Positions 18,001 through 27,304 of a stretch of DNA of 40,072 nucleotides are shown here, in pieces. This DNA comes from Chthoniobacteraceae bacterium (GTDB lineage: Bacteria; Verrucomicrobiota; Verrucomicrobiia; Chthoniobacterales; Chthoniobacteraceae). How positions within the stretch are numbered: the stretch's first letter is position 1; every line of letters begins with the position of its first letter. Under the pieces are notes generated by a model. The model was given only the letters and a program-made list of their open reading frames with translations, searched no databases and was not told where the DNA came from. The stretch spans positions 1-40,072 of the forward strand of contig JANNWY010000245.1 of assembly GCA_031409335.1 (NCBI GenBank). The letters are read 5' to 3'. The position numbers and the translations under genes were made by a program.

Positions 18001-18384
18001 GAGGCAAAATTCGGCAAGGAGCTACAGCTACTCAATGCGGTGGTGGAACTGATGGACGAGGCGAAGGGTATCCTCGCCACACCGGAAACAGGCGCGACCG
18101 CGATTGCCGCGGAGACGGAAGCGATCGAACTGTTACTTCAAGCGAAGCGAAACAGCCCGAAAGGCGGCGGCGGTGGCGGCTCGAATCCTGGTGGCGGTGG
18201 CCGCGCGGCGTCCGCGTCTTCCGCAGCCCTCGCGGACCTCGGCCCAGGCGCGAATGCGGACAGCCAAGTCACCGCGCGTGCCGTCGGCCAGGCGACCGGG
18301 CGGGCGGGCAGAGAGTTCCCGGATGAGTTCAAAGGAGGGCTCGACACTTACTTCAACCTGCTCGAAGGCCAGGCAGCCAAGTGA
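15064..18384 (+). CDS. Large membrane-anchored coiled-coil protein (DUF4175-like architecture)
   Basis: Three N-terminal TM helices, beta-rich region with DEAPRI and AGDDFGVKRVGLEW, long coiled coils, Pro/Ala linker, C-terminal FPDEFKGGLDTYF. Confidence 0.8.
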   Translation: MNTNLPPVLETKLADFRRRVWVVKLAEGLLAALFGIALSYLLVFALDRFFETPGWVRLTLLFAGAAVLGLGLPLKWHHWVWRQRRLEDAARLLRRTFPRLGDQLLGIVELARMDAVAAGRSERLVQAAMAQAADAVRDQDFTNAVPDARHRQWGWAAAGVVAFSVLAFGLVNEAARNAFARWITPWRNVERFTFAKVETLPAKIVVPYAEPFELPVRLSANTERTPDQGTGRIGKQPAVTAKLSDGTYPLAFPPQKTDAPMAVSLGDVRKKISVQPRTRPELAELAVQLRLPAYLGYKSEQRIDVHGGSVSLLGGAEAAFEAKASRALASAELDGQAQKVDGEKIVTSYLPVAADADRRFTWKDMDGLTPRDPLVLKVRAVKDEAPRIVARRETLEQVVLDSEVVTFDVTAGDDFGVKRVGLEWTGSKMKEDGKTPVSGEKVTAGGEHEKKDLEARATFCARREGVAPQTLEVRAWTEDYLPGRSRAKSAAFVLHVLDKTDHALWLTEQFGKWLEVAKESYEREQQLHQANKELRELSAADLDRPENRRRVSQQAAAENANASRVDALTSAGRNLVEQATKNDEFDAQRLESWATMLKTLKDIAANRMPSVSDLLKQAASAGAGKPGDPSQSPPPPQAGAGQPQKAQESKSAPSVTQGTPPASAPSPAPPIDPNAPPKPAAPSIADREAGFSKPAEPAPADPNAAPKPPSAGKLGLPTTTLAAAPAKKDDDAKPPESPAQEKLDGAISEQKDLLAEFAKVSDQLSEILASLEASTFVKRFKAASRKQMSIASNISQKTLDAFGIERGTVKAAEPIAKDAKGESEVVRVIQSDLEAYFQRKQDSRFKTILDQMKKMEIVRSLARGGEKVSINLSGQGIMGSEYWADTMDRWSEELAAASNCKSCSGGSSDSLPPEIVLKVMQALRDEMQLRDETRETENAKPALEQEKFSTDAKALSDKQASTRTHVQSAIADIIALEEGEAKFGKELQLLNAVVELMDEAKGILATPETGATAIAAETEAIELLLQAKRNSPKGGGGGGSNPGGGGRAASASSAALADLGPGANADSQVTARAVGQATGRAGREFPDEFKGGLDTYFNLLEGQAAK

Positions 18385-20435
18385 TCCGCCATCTCAGCGA
18401 AATGCATTGCCGCGCGTTCGCGCAAATACTGGCCATCGCGATCGCGCTGCCGGCTCTGACCGCGCGGGGATTCAGCGCCGAAGGAGCGCCAGCGCCGGAC
18501 GAAAAAACGACGGACCCTTTATCGCCGGAACTGGAGGAAAAACTCGCGGATTTCCTAAAACGGGCAGGTGAGGCAAAGCTCAAAATCTGGGCAACACGAA
18601 TGCAAAAGGAGATCGAGCGCATCGCCAAAGTGGCCCCGTTTGGAGGAGACGAAGCGAAGGCTCTGGAAGCCACGGCGGAGCAGGCATCGGAAGCCTGCGT
18701 CGGCGGGTGGACCGCGAAGTTACGCGATAGCTACCGGGGATACCTGGGTAGCTACGACGAAGAGCAGGTCGATCAAATGCTGGCTCAGGTCGATCAAATC
18801 GTGCAGGGGGACTGGTTCGGCAACTATGTCCGGCCTTTTGACCATCCGAAATGGGAGGACGGGCTCCGGCGGATTCTGGGTGCGGACAAAGCCGCCAACT
18901 GGAAGAAGGTCCGGACGGAACGTGACAATACCGTGCGAAAGGAGTCTGCCGACGTGCTCAAGGCCACGGTGCAAACGAGTCGTCAGCAGCGCGAAACGAC
19001 GCTGATCGCGAGAGGCGCGGTCATCAAGTCATTGCTAAGTCTGCCAAAGGAGCGCGGTGAGAAACTGGATGCGCTGGCAACAACGATCGCCGAGGTCGGG
19101 GCCGGTAAATTTCGTGAACGCGCGGAAGAGCTGCTGCTGGCAATGGACGACCCCGAGCTGCAGCAAGTCCTGAAAAACAAACAATACAATGTGCAGGAGG
19201 AGCCAAAGTACATCGAAGCACAGCTCGCCGAATGGCAGCAGGCAGTGGGCGATCTGCTTTCCGAAGAAGAACGAACGAGACTGAAACTGGTGCAGGAGAC
19301 TTCCGCCGCGCGGCGTGCCGCGGTGATGGGAAAGCTTATGATTACGCTTTTGGATGATCGGATCGCGTTGACGGCGAGCCAGCGGCAGCGCCTGGAACCT
19401 ATCGCCGAGCGTTTGGTAAAGGGCCAGAAAGTGCTTTTCGACGACGCCAGTCAACAGACCTACAATCGGCTCAACGCCCAGTCCTTTTTCACGGCTGGCG
19501 CAATGGCAAACGAAGAAGAAATCAAGACGATCCTCGATCCCAACCAGTGGAAACGCTGGAAGGATGTATGCTCGCCGAAGGGCAGAGTGACGACCGCCAC
19601 CGTGAACCGACTCGCGGGCGGTGTGGTATTTGCGCGAAAAGTCGTCCCTGTTACCGAAGCAAAACCTGCTCCCGGGCCCCAGGAGCCCGAGGATGTGGAA
19701 AATGCGCTCGCGGACTACTTTCACAATGCCGCGGCCAGCCAGCGCAAGCAATTGCAGGCCGCCAATCTTCTCAAAGCGGAGGATGCCGCGCGCGTTGCGA
19801 ATCTCGGACCGCAGGCGCTCGCCCGGCTGGAGACAGCGGCTCGCGGAACCACCGAGGCAATGCTGGCGGCGTGGAGCGCCAACACCGATCAGAGTATTCG
19901 CTCGCAACTAAAGGATGCCACCGCGGAAAACATCAAACAGCGCCTCGCCGGAATCGGCACCTATAGCTACCAAGTGAACCGGAGCGCGGGCCCGGTGGTG
20001 GCGCCAATCTGGGACGCAACGGTAAAATCCGAAATGACCGAGCCTCAAATCGTAGCTTGGACAAAGGAGATGGATTCGCGGAGCGAGTATCGCGGGAAGA
20101 CTGTCGCGGCTCTCATCATGTCGGAACTCGACCGCAAGCTCTTTCTTGCCGCCGGGCAGTGGACCAAGCTGGAAGCCATCGTCACTGAGAAGGTGAAGGA
20201 TTATGCCCCGGATATCGAAGGCATGTTTTCCTCCTCCTTTCCTTACACGTGGTTTCTACAGAGCTACACCCTTTTTATACCCCTGGCCGCTGTGCCCGAA
20301 GCGGAATTGAAAGCCATCCTGAGCGAGGGACAATGGAACAGTTGGACGGGCGGCCAGGAAATGGAAATGACCAAGAATTACTGGGAGAACGTGAAGAGCC
20401 GCCACGAACAACGGACGAAGAAGGTGAACAAATGA
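18381..20435 (+). CDS. Exported all-helical hypothetical protein
   Basis: 684-aa ORF with GTGA overlap to the upstream stop; signal peptide; internal repeat (LDDRIALTASQRQRLE / LDRKLFLAAGQWTKLE; EIKTILDPNQWKRW / ELKAILSEGQWNSW). Confidence 0.8.
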   Translation: MIRHLSEMHCRAFAQILAIAIALPALTARGFSAEGAPAPDEKTTDPLSPELEEKLADFLKRAGEAKLKIWATRMQKEIERIAKVAPFGGDEAKALEATAEQASEACVGGWTAKLRDSYRGYLGSYDEEQVDQMLAQVDQIVQGDWFGNYVRPFDHPKWEDGLRRILGADKAANWKKVRTERDNTVRKESADVLKATVQTSRQQRETTLIARGAVIKSLLSLPKERGEKLDALATTIAEVGAGKFRERAEELLLAMDDPELQQVLKNKQYNVQEEPKYIEAQLAEWQQAVGDLLSEEERTRLKLVQETSAARRAAVMGKLMITLLDDRIALTASQRQRLEPIAERLVKGQKVLFDDASQQTYNRLNAQSFFTAGAMANEEEIKTILDPNQWKRWKDVCSPKGRVTTATVNRLAGGVVFARKVVPVTEAKPAPGPQEPEDVENALADYFHNAAASQRKQLQAANLLKAEDAARVANLGPQALARLETAARGTTEAMLAAWSANTDQSIRSQLKDATAENIKQRLAGIGTYSYQVNRSAGPVVAPIWDATVKSEMTEPQIVAWTKEMDSRSEYRGKTVAALIMSELDRKLFLAAGQWTKLEAIVTEKVKDYAPDIEGMFSSSFPYTWFLQSYTLFIPLAAVPEAELKAILSEGQWNSWTGGQEMEMTKNYWENVKSRHEQRTKKVNK

Positions 20436-21469
20436 GCGCCGCAGTAAGAGTGGCAAGCGGGATCGCGGCGACCCTGCTTTTCCTTACCCTGCAATTTGCT
20501 CGCGCACAGGATCCGAACCTGCGTTTTGGCGGACAGATTCCCCCGGAAGTGGACACGATCTATGAACGCGGCCTGACATGGCTGGCGACCGCGCAAGGTG
20601 CCGAGGGAGGCTGGCCCGACGGAAATAACAACGGCCCCGGCGTGGATGGCATTTGCCTCATGGCTTTCCTCGCCAGCGGCGACGATCCGAACTTCGGTCG
20701 CCACGCGGCGGCGATTCGGCGCGCGATTCGGGCCATCATCAAAGCACAGGATGCGAACACCGGTTATCTGCCGAGCAGCATGTATCATCATGGGTTCGCC
20801 ATGCTCGCGCTTTCAGAGGCATATGGCGCCGTGGATGAAGCCTTGCTTTGGGAGGGCGGCAAAGCCGAGCGCACCATCGCCGCGGCGCTGGACCTCGCAA
20901 TCCGGGGGGCCGCCACGGCGCAGAAGAAGAACAAGTTTGGCGGCTGGCGCTACTCTCCCGATGCCACCGATGCGGATACGTCGGTCACGGGGGCGGTCCT
21001 GATGGGTTTGCTGGCAGCGAGAAATGCGGGCATGGACGTTTCCGACGAAGTCGTGAATGCCGCGCTCGAATACATGCGCCGGAGCACGGGAAAGGATGGC
21101 TCGGTGGCTTATTCGGGAGGGCTGGGAGGCATGGGTGGCTCGATGAATCTGACTGCCATATCCGCATTGGTTGGAGCCATCTCGAAAACCAAGGAAGCCG
21201 AGCAATACAGAGCTGCATTGAAACGGCTCCTCGACAATCTGGAGCACCGCGACGCCGGGAGTTACGCCGAGTATTTCCGCTACTACATGGCACAGGCACT
21301 TTTCCAGGGAGACTACGCCGCATGGCAAAAGTGGAATGCGGCGAAGGTAAGGGAATTGCATGAATTGCAACGGGACGACGGGTCGTTCACCGGAGGCGCG
21401 TATGGCACAGGCATGTCGCTCCTGGCGCTGGCGCTGAATTACCGCTTTCTACCCATCTACGAACGATGA
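20432..21469 (+). CDS. Prenyltransferase/squalene-oxidase-repeat protein (secreted alpha-alpha toroid)
   Basis: Start at ATGA overlap 20432; signal peptide; GLTWLATAQ..EGGW, MYHHGFAMLALSEAYG, GGWRYSP...DADTSVTG, LQRDDGSF, LALNYRFLPIYER. Confidence 0.88.
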   Translation: MSAAVRVASGIAATLLFLTLQFARAQDPNLRFGGQIPPEVDTIYERGLTWLATAQGAEGGWPDGNNNGPGVDGICLMAFLASGDDPNFGRHAAAIRRAIRAIIKAQDANTGYLPSSMYHHGFAMLALSEAYGAVDEALLWEGGKAERTIAAALDLAIRGAATAQKKNKFGGWRYSPDATDADTSVTGAVLMGLLAARNAGMDVSDEVVNAALEYMRRSTGKDGSVAYSGGLGGMGGSMNLTAISALVGAISKTKEAEQYRAALKRLLDNLEHRDAGSYAEYFRYYMAQALFQGDYAAWQKWNAAKVRELHELQRDDGSFTGGAYGTGMSLLALALNYRFLPIYER

Positions 21470-24400
21470 CGTGGCGTGCCTCCATCCTACTCCTGCTATT
21501 CCCAGCCTCGCTTGCCGCCGAGCCTGCCAGGGCAAGTGCAATCCTTACTTGGAACAATCGCGAAACTCTCGCGGGCGAAATCGCTGAAGCCACGGCAACC
21601 AGCATCGCGTGGAAAACGCCGATGTTCGAGGATCCGATGCAACTCCATTGGCACGCGCTGCACAGGATCGACCTTCCGCAAGCACCCATTCCACTCGCCG
21701 AGCCCTTCAGCATCGCATTGCGGGATGGCAGCCACATTGTCGGCGATCCCACATCCTTCTCGGAGAATTCGGTTTCGGTCCGCAGCGTGAGGCATGGCGA
21801 TTTTGTGTTAAAGCGTTCCGAAGTAGCCAGCATGCGCAGAATTCGCGGAGGCAGTCTGACCATTGCCGGACCCGTGGGTGATGTGGGATGGGAAAGCCGG
21901 GCTGGCAAAGAGCAACGAATCGTCGGATTGGACCCTTCTGGGCCAAAGGTATTCGTGGCGATGCTTAAGGCAGGACCGGGCGGCTCGCTTGTCCTGCCAT
22001 ATTGGAATCGCGACGCCTTTTTTCGCGTGAACCTGCCTGAGCGCGTGGATATCGAGTTCCGCGTGAAGTCATCTGCCCGGCCCGAGTTCCAGCTTTCGCT
22101 TGCGGATTCCACCGACAAGGGGGCACGCATCGAAACGTGGGACGATGAGTTGGTGCTCGCGTCGGCCAATCAATTCAAAGCCATCCGTAGGATCGGCGGC
22201 GATGAGCGTCAAGTGGCCTTGCGGGTCTGCTGGGATAGAAAGACTGGAAAATGCGCCGCTTACTCGGCCGCGGGCGAACTCTTGACGGAATGGAAAACAC
22301 CCGAACAGCAGGGAAAGGAGGTCGCAGGGTTACTCCTGCACAACAAAGGCCGTGATCTAACGCTGGAGTTTCTCCGGGTGCGCGAATGGGATGGGAAGGC
22401 TCCGCCCAAGGTCGATGCGACCAAACCGCGCGTCGAGTTGACGGACGGACGCATCATTGAGGGTAAGGTGATGACCGGCCTTGCGACTTCCATCACCTTC
22501 AAGGCACACGGATCGGAGGCCGTTCAGAGCTTTCCGATCGCCAGCGTGGATGCGGTGTTTTTCTCCCCTGAACCGACTCAAGCAGTTGAAATGCCGATAA
22601 CCATGTCCTTCGCGGATGGGACGATCTTGAAAGGTGCGATCGAATCAATCAAAGATGGCACAGCCGCAATCAAACTCTCCGCAACGGACAAGCCGCTGCC
22701 TTCGCGGATGGATGGCTTTAGGCAAATGCTGATCGGCTTACCAAAACCAGAAGGCAGTGCGCCGGAGCCTCTGCTTACCGCGCTCGACAAGATCGTGATT
22801 CAGCAAAACACACTCCACGGAAAGCTCACCGGCGAAGGCGATGATCGTCCGCGCTGGCTGCCAGTGGGCGGTGTAAAGCCTGCGATCGTGGCAAAGGCAT
22901 TCGCGGGCGAAATCAATCGCGCGTTGGCGGAAGACTCCGTTTTTCCGGACACGCCGGGCCTTTTCCACACAAGCACCGGAGACGTCCTCCCTGGTCAATT
23001 GCGGGCACTGGACCAGACCGGCGTAGAGTTCGACTCTGACATCGTCGAGATCACGAAACTGACTACCGCAAATCTGAACGCGATTCAGTTCGGGGTGGCG
23101 GGTCAGCCGAACTTAAATGGCTTCGCAGACGCTGGGTGGCGCATCATCAAAGGCAATGAGAGGACGGTCGCGAGGAAGGATGGCACCCTGACGATGGAGC
23201 CCGGGACATCCATCGGCCATCCCGCAGGGATGCAAGGTAGCGAAATCAAGTTCTCGGTTGTTCCGAAAAGTACTTATTCCACCATCCGCCTTCGGCTTTT
23301 CTGCGAAGGCACCGAACCCACGAAAGCGACCAATCTATTGCTATACTATTGGGCGAATCGGATTCAGGCCGGACGCGAAAATGCAGATGGGCAGTGGGAA
23401 AACCAGACCCAAACGGTCGTCCCAATCGGCAAGCCCGTGGAGATCCGGCTCGGCATTGACGAGAAGCAGGTGGAATTGCGCATCAACGATATTCTGACCC
23501 GCAAGTTTCCGATCAACCCGGCGATGCGAGCCGGAGTCGGGCTGATCATCGAACCCACTGGCACATTTGGAAACGAAGCGACTGCCATCGCTTTGTCGGA
23601 CTTCTCCACACACGCGGCACCGGGTCGCACCTGGCTTCCCGATGTCGCGGTTGAAACGAAATTTCACGCGCTGACGATCCCGCGTTTCCGAAAGGATGCT
23701 CCGCCGAAACATGCGCTCATCGCCAACAACGGAGACGTGCTGCGCGGCGAGATCGAGGCCATCACCGCAACCCACTTTGGCTTTCGATCCGGCTTGGAGA
23801 CGCTTCGTGTTCCGCGGGATCGGGTGAAGGCAGCGATCTGGTTGAAAAAGCCGGACGCAGACGCACCGACCACATTTTCGGAAGGCCCCGCGCTCAAGCT
23901 GCTCGATACCCAGATACGGATGAATTCCCGCTTCAATGGCGCGGGACTGAGCAGTTTGATCGCCGTCCTGCAACGGGAGGTGGGAGGCTTGAAATTCAAG
24001 CTGCCCGAGAAACAGGATACTCGCAGAGTGGCAATGCAATTTGGCGGGCAGACGGTCGGCGAGGCGCTGGAGCATATCTGCTCCTTGTTCGATTTGAAAT
24101 ACCGTTTCAGTGAAGATGGAACGATCTTGATCGAGGCTCCTTCCGCATCTGAAAAGGAACTGATCTCCAAGACCTACTGGCTCAAACCGGGAACCTTTCC
24201 AGGTGACAAGCCGGTGAAAGAAATCCTCGCGGAAAAAGGCCTTGGTTTTCCAAGCGGGTCGGACCTGACATGGCGTCCCGATGCGGCGCAGCTTTCCATG
24301 GCTAACATCGAGGAGAACCACGCTAAACTCGCCGCTTTGCTGAAGACTGAATTCGGCGGCATTCTTGGAACACCCACTCACTGGCTGCTGCTCACCAATG

Positions 24401-25065
24401 GTGCCCGACTGGGAATGGAGATTGATAAATTCGATCCCGATTTCATCTCCGGTCAGCATCCGCTGTACGGTCGCTGCAAGGTGCCTGTCTCACAGGTCCA
24501 TGTGATCCGCACCACGATGCCCGAGGCGACTGCTGCCATGAAGTCACTAAAAGACTGGCGACTCACCTTTGCCCCGGAGCCCGTGCTTCCAGAGACTGGA
24601 GGCGAAAGCTCGCCGTCACTTGGCAAGGAAGCGAAACCCTTCAAACTAGCCATGCTTGGCGGCGGCGACTTTGATCTCGGCGCGGAAAAGGGAAAGGTCG
24701 TCGTGCTCGACTTCTGGGCGACCTGGTGCTTGCCTTGCATCAAGTCACTGCCTGGCATCATCAAAGTGATGGCGGATTTTCCACCGGATCGGGTGAAGCT
24801 CATCGGGGTGAATCAGGGTGAACCCGCGGACTTCGTGAAGCGCTTTCTCGAAGCGCGGGACTGGAAGCTGGCTGTCGCCATGGATTCCAATCAAAGCGTG
24901 GCGCGACAGTTTGGAGTCGATGGCATCCCGCATACCGTCATCGTCGGCCCGGATGGGAAAGTAGCGTGGGTGAAAACTGGCTATAGCCCGGAGGGTGAAT
25001 TGGAAGCCGCCGCCGCGGTGAAGAAGCTCCTGGAGCCAGCCGCTCCACCCGCGGCCACGCCGTAA
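21466..25065 (+). CDS. Exported multidomain protein with C-terminal TlpA-type thioredoxin domain
   Basis: ATGA overlap; signal peptide; several L..GD.L.G small beta modules; C-terminal KGKVVVLDFWATWCLPC...IGVN...FGVDGIPHTVIVGPDGKV. Confidence 0.88.
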   Translation: MTWRASILLLLFPASLAAEPARASAILTWNNRETLAGEIAEATATSIAWKTPMFEDPMQLHWHALHRIDLPQAPIPLAEPFSIALRDGSHIVGDPTSFSENSVSVRSVRHGDFVLKRSEVASMRRIRGGSLTIAGPVGDVGWESRAGKEQRIVGLDPSGPKVFVAMLKAGPGGSLVLPYWNRDAFFRVNLPERVDIEFRVKSSARPEFQLSLADSTDKGARIETWDDELVLASANQFKAIRRIGGDERQVALRVCWDRKTGKCAAYSAAGELLTEWKTPEQQGKEVAGLLLHNKGRDLTLEFLRVREWDGKAPPKVDATKPRVELTDGRIIEGKVMTGLATSITFKAHGSEAVQSFPIASVDAVFFSPEPTQAVEMPITMSFADGTILKGAIESIKDGTAAIKLSATDKPLPSRMDGFRQMLIGLPKPEGSAPEPLLTALDKIVIQQNTLHGKLTGEGDDRPRWLPVGGVKPAIVAKAFAGEINRALAEDSVFPDTPGLFHTSTGDVLPGQLRALDQTGVEFDSDIVEITKLTTANLNAIQFGVAGQPNLNGFADAGWRIIKGNERTVARKDGTLTMEPGTSIGHPAGMQGSEIKFSVVPKSTYSTIRLRLFCEGTEPTKATNLLLYYWANRIQAGRENADGQWENQTQTVVPIGKPVEIRLGIDEKQVELRINDILTRKFPINPAMRAGVGLIIEPTGTFGNEATAIALSDFSTHAAPGRTWLPDVAVETKFHALTIPRFRKDAPPKHALIANNGDVLRGEIEAITATHFGFRSGLETLRVPRDRVKAAIWLKKPDADAPTTFSEGPALKLLDTQIRMNSRFNGAGLSSLIAVLQREVGGLKFKLPEKQDTRRVAMQFGGQTVGEALEHICSLFDLKYRFSEDGTILIEAPSASEKELISKTYWLKPGTFPGDKPVKEILAEKGLGFPSGSDLTWRPDAAQLSMANIEENHAKLAALLKTEFGGILGTPTHWLLLTNGARLGMEIDKFDPDFISGQHPLYGRCKVPVSQVHVIRTTMPEATAAMKSLKDWRLTFAPEPVLPETGGESSPSLGKEAKPFKLAMLGGGDFDLGAEKGKVVVLDFWATWCLPCIKSLPGIIKVMADFPPDRVKLIGVNQGEPADFVKRFLEARDWKLAVAMDSNQSVARQFGVDGIPHTVIVGPDGKVAWVKTGYSPEGELEAAAAVKKLLEPAAPPAATP

Positions 25066-25073
25066 CTATACTC

Positions 25074-27209
25074 TCAAAACAAGGCTTTCAGCCCGACGAC
25101 AATTCCCCTGCCCGCCAGCGGCGCAATGTCTTTTAGGAAAGACGTATGAAGGCGCGCTTCTGCGTCGGTGAGGTTCACACCTTTGACATAGACGTCGAGT
25201 TCCACGCCTCTCATCGGAACCTTGTAGCCGAGGCTAGCATTCACGAGGAAATGGCTGTCGGTCGCGAGCTCGAATTCGGAGATGCGATTTTGATGCGCAG
25301 AGTATTGCCCCTCCACGTTCGCGCTGAAACGGTCGCGCGTGTAGTTCAGCCCAGCGCTCGCGCGGAATGGCGGGATGCGTGGCAACGGCTTGCCGGATTT
25401 GATGTCTTCGGCGTGGACATAGTCAGCGCGGAGCACGAGGTCGAGCGTGTCAGCACTGAGCGACGCGGGGATCGCCTTCACCTCCTTCTCCGAAAAAGCG
25501 GCGCGCGTGGTTTCGACGATGTGAAAAGTGATCTCCGCCTCGCCACCAAAGAACTCTGCATCCGTCACGCGATACGCATAGATCGGCAGATCATCCTCTT
25601 CGCCAGCCACGACATCACCCGTGGCAAACTGCCCGACGAAATCGCTGAACCGATAGTAGAACGCGCTGATCGCGCCGGTAATGCGGCCCGACTTTTTGCG
25701 TAGCGAAAGATCGAGGCTGAATGCCTTCTCGGACCCAAGCCGGTCGTCGCCGATCTCGAATGTGTTCGTCGCGACATGCGGGCCGTTTGCGAAGAGTTCC
25801 TGGTAAGTCGGCGCGCGCCGTGTGAGAGCGGCATTCAGCGCGACGGCATACCCATCGGTCGGCGTGAAAACCACGCCGAACGAACCGCTCACATTTTCAA
25901 AGGTGCGCCCGCGCGCCACGCCGAAGCCTTCCGCCGAAGCGGCATCGACGGCGATGTGATCGAAGCGCACACCACACTGCGCGCGCCATTGCGGATTGAA
26001 AACGGCCTCCTCGAAGAGGAAGCCCGAGTGGGTGACGGTCTCGACCGGCGGCAGGAATGCCTCTTCGCCGATCGCGGAAAAATCGCTCTTTTCCGTCTGG
26101 TAACCGATCGTGCCTTCAAACATCCCGAGCCGGTAATGCGCGATCTCGATGCGGCCATCATAGCCTTCGTTTTCAAAGCGCGTTCCGACAAACGCACCTT
26201 CAAATTCGGTGTGTTCATAGTCTGAAATCCCGAGGCTGTAGCTGATCGATTTCACGCCAACATACGGCTCGAAAAACGCGCCACGAAAATCCCAGCGTCG
26301 CTGCTCCATGTCGATCGTCACTTCACGCTCGGCGACTGTTCCGTAGTTCGTGTGAAAGCCTGAGTAGGCGAGGCCGAAGAAGCCTTTTTCCCACACGTAC
26401 GATGCTCCGCCGGAAAGGCCTTCCGTCCGCAGATCGCTGTTCGGCAGCACATTCCTGGTTTCACTTTCACCATCGGGAAGCGTCGCGCGCTCGCGCAGCC
26501 TTTCGGAGCGCGCGAAACCCGGAATGTGCAGCTCATCCGTCGCGCGTTTGTATCCCTCGATGTGCCACGCAAAACCACCGAGCCCGCCTTCCAGTGTGAA
26601 CGCGCCGCCGCGCTCCGCATTCACCGAGCCATACCGCGTCTCGGCGCTCCCGCGCACGGGCACGTCGATGCGGCGATTCGGGATGCGTCCGTCGATCGTG
26701 TTGACGACGCCACCAATGGCATTCGAGCCGTAGAGCAGCGTTGCCGGGCCGCGCACGATCTCGACACTTTCCAGCGAGACGGGATCGAAGCTGACCGCGT
26801 GGTCCACACTCGTTCCCGAGGCGTCGATGGAGCTGCTGCCATTTTGTAAAACGCGAATCCGATCCGCATCGAAACCGCGAATGATGGGCCGGCTTGCCGC
26901 TGGTCCGAAGTAGGTGGAACTGACGCCGGGCATGCGCGAAAGCGTTTCGCCCAGCGTCGGCTCCAGGCGAAGTTTCAATTCATCGCCACTGAGGATGGAG
27001 ACGGGCTGCACTTGCTCAAAGAGGGTGTAGCCAAAGGGGCTGGCGGTGATGATGACCGCCGCTACTTCCGGGGCAGGCGGCGAATCGCTTTGCGCGTGCG
27101 CTGCCATGCAAACCAGCGCCGCTGGCGCAAAGAGCTGGCATATTTTCAGGAAGGAAAGTGTCGGGCCCGGTGAAGTTTTGTGAGGAGCAGGGTCAAATTT
27201 GAGCATCAT
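25074..27209 (-). CDS. TonB-dependent receptor, ZnuD-like
   Basis: TLGETL..MPGVSSTYFGPAASRPIIRG, DHAV..DP, VEIVRGPATLLYGS.AIGGVVN plug; ELFANGPHVAT..FEIG; PLPRIPP; HTSFLKD.APL.GR; terminal Phe; start uncertain. Confidence 0.9.
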   Translation of the reverse strand: MMLKFDPAPHKTSPGPTLSFLKICQLFAPAALVCMAAHAQSDSPPAPEVAAVIITASPFGYTLFEQVQPVSILSGDELKLRLEPTLGETLSRMPGVSSTYFGPAASRPIIRGFDADRIRVLQNGSSSIDASGTSVDHAVSFDPVSLESVEIVRGPATLLYGSNAIGGVVNTIDGRIPNRRIDVPVRGSAETRYGSVNAERGGAFTLEGGLGGFAWHIEGYKRATDELHIPGFARSERLRERATLPDGESETRNVLPNSDLRTEGLSGGASYVWEKGFFGLAYSGFHTNYGTVAEREVTIDMEQRRWDFRGAFFEPYVGVKSISYSLGISDYEHTEFEGAFVGTRFENEGYDGRIEIAHYRLGMFEGTIGYQTEKSDFSAIGEEAFLPPVETVTHSGFLFEEAVFNPQWRAQCGVRFDHIAVDAASAEGFGVARGRTFENVSGSFGVVFTPTDGYAVALNAALTRRAPTYQELFANGPHVATNTFEIGDDRLGSEKAFSLDLSLRKKSGRITGAISAFYYRFSDFVGQFATGDVVAGEEDDLPIYAYRVTDAEFFGGEAEITFHIVETTRAAFSEKEVKAIPASLSADTLDLVLRADYVHAEDIKSGKPLPRIPPFRASAGLNYTRDRFSANVEGQYSAHQNRISEFELATDSHFLVNASLGYKVPMRGVELDVYVKGVNLTDAEARLHTSFLKDIAPLAGRGIVVGLKALF

Positions 27210-27214
27210 GCTAT

Positions 27215-27229
27215 CGCAAGTAACTTGCG
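27215..27229. promoter_or_regulatory. 7-1-7 inverted repeat, candidate Fur-family (Zur) operator
   Basis: Perfect CGCAAGT-A-ACTTGCG immediately upstream of the TonB receptor in the divergent gap. Confidence 0.55.
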
Positions 27230-27304
27230 TTTGATGGCCTGCCAAGTCATTTCATCGCGCGAATCCACTCCCGGCCAAGTGAACCCGGTGATAGCGTTTC
27301 GCGC

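Noticed and set aside
20432..21469. Squalene-hopene cyclase / terpene gene cluster
   Set aside because: About 345 aa, secreted, lacks DxDD; only the repeat fold is shared
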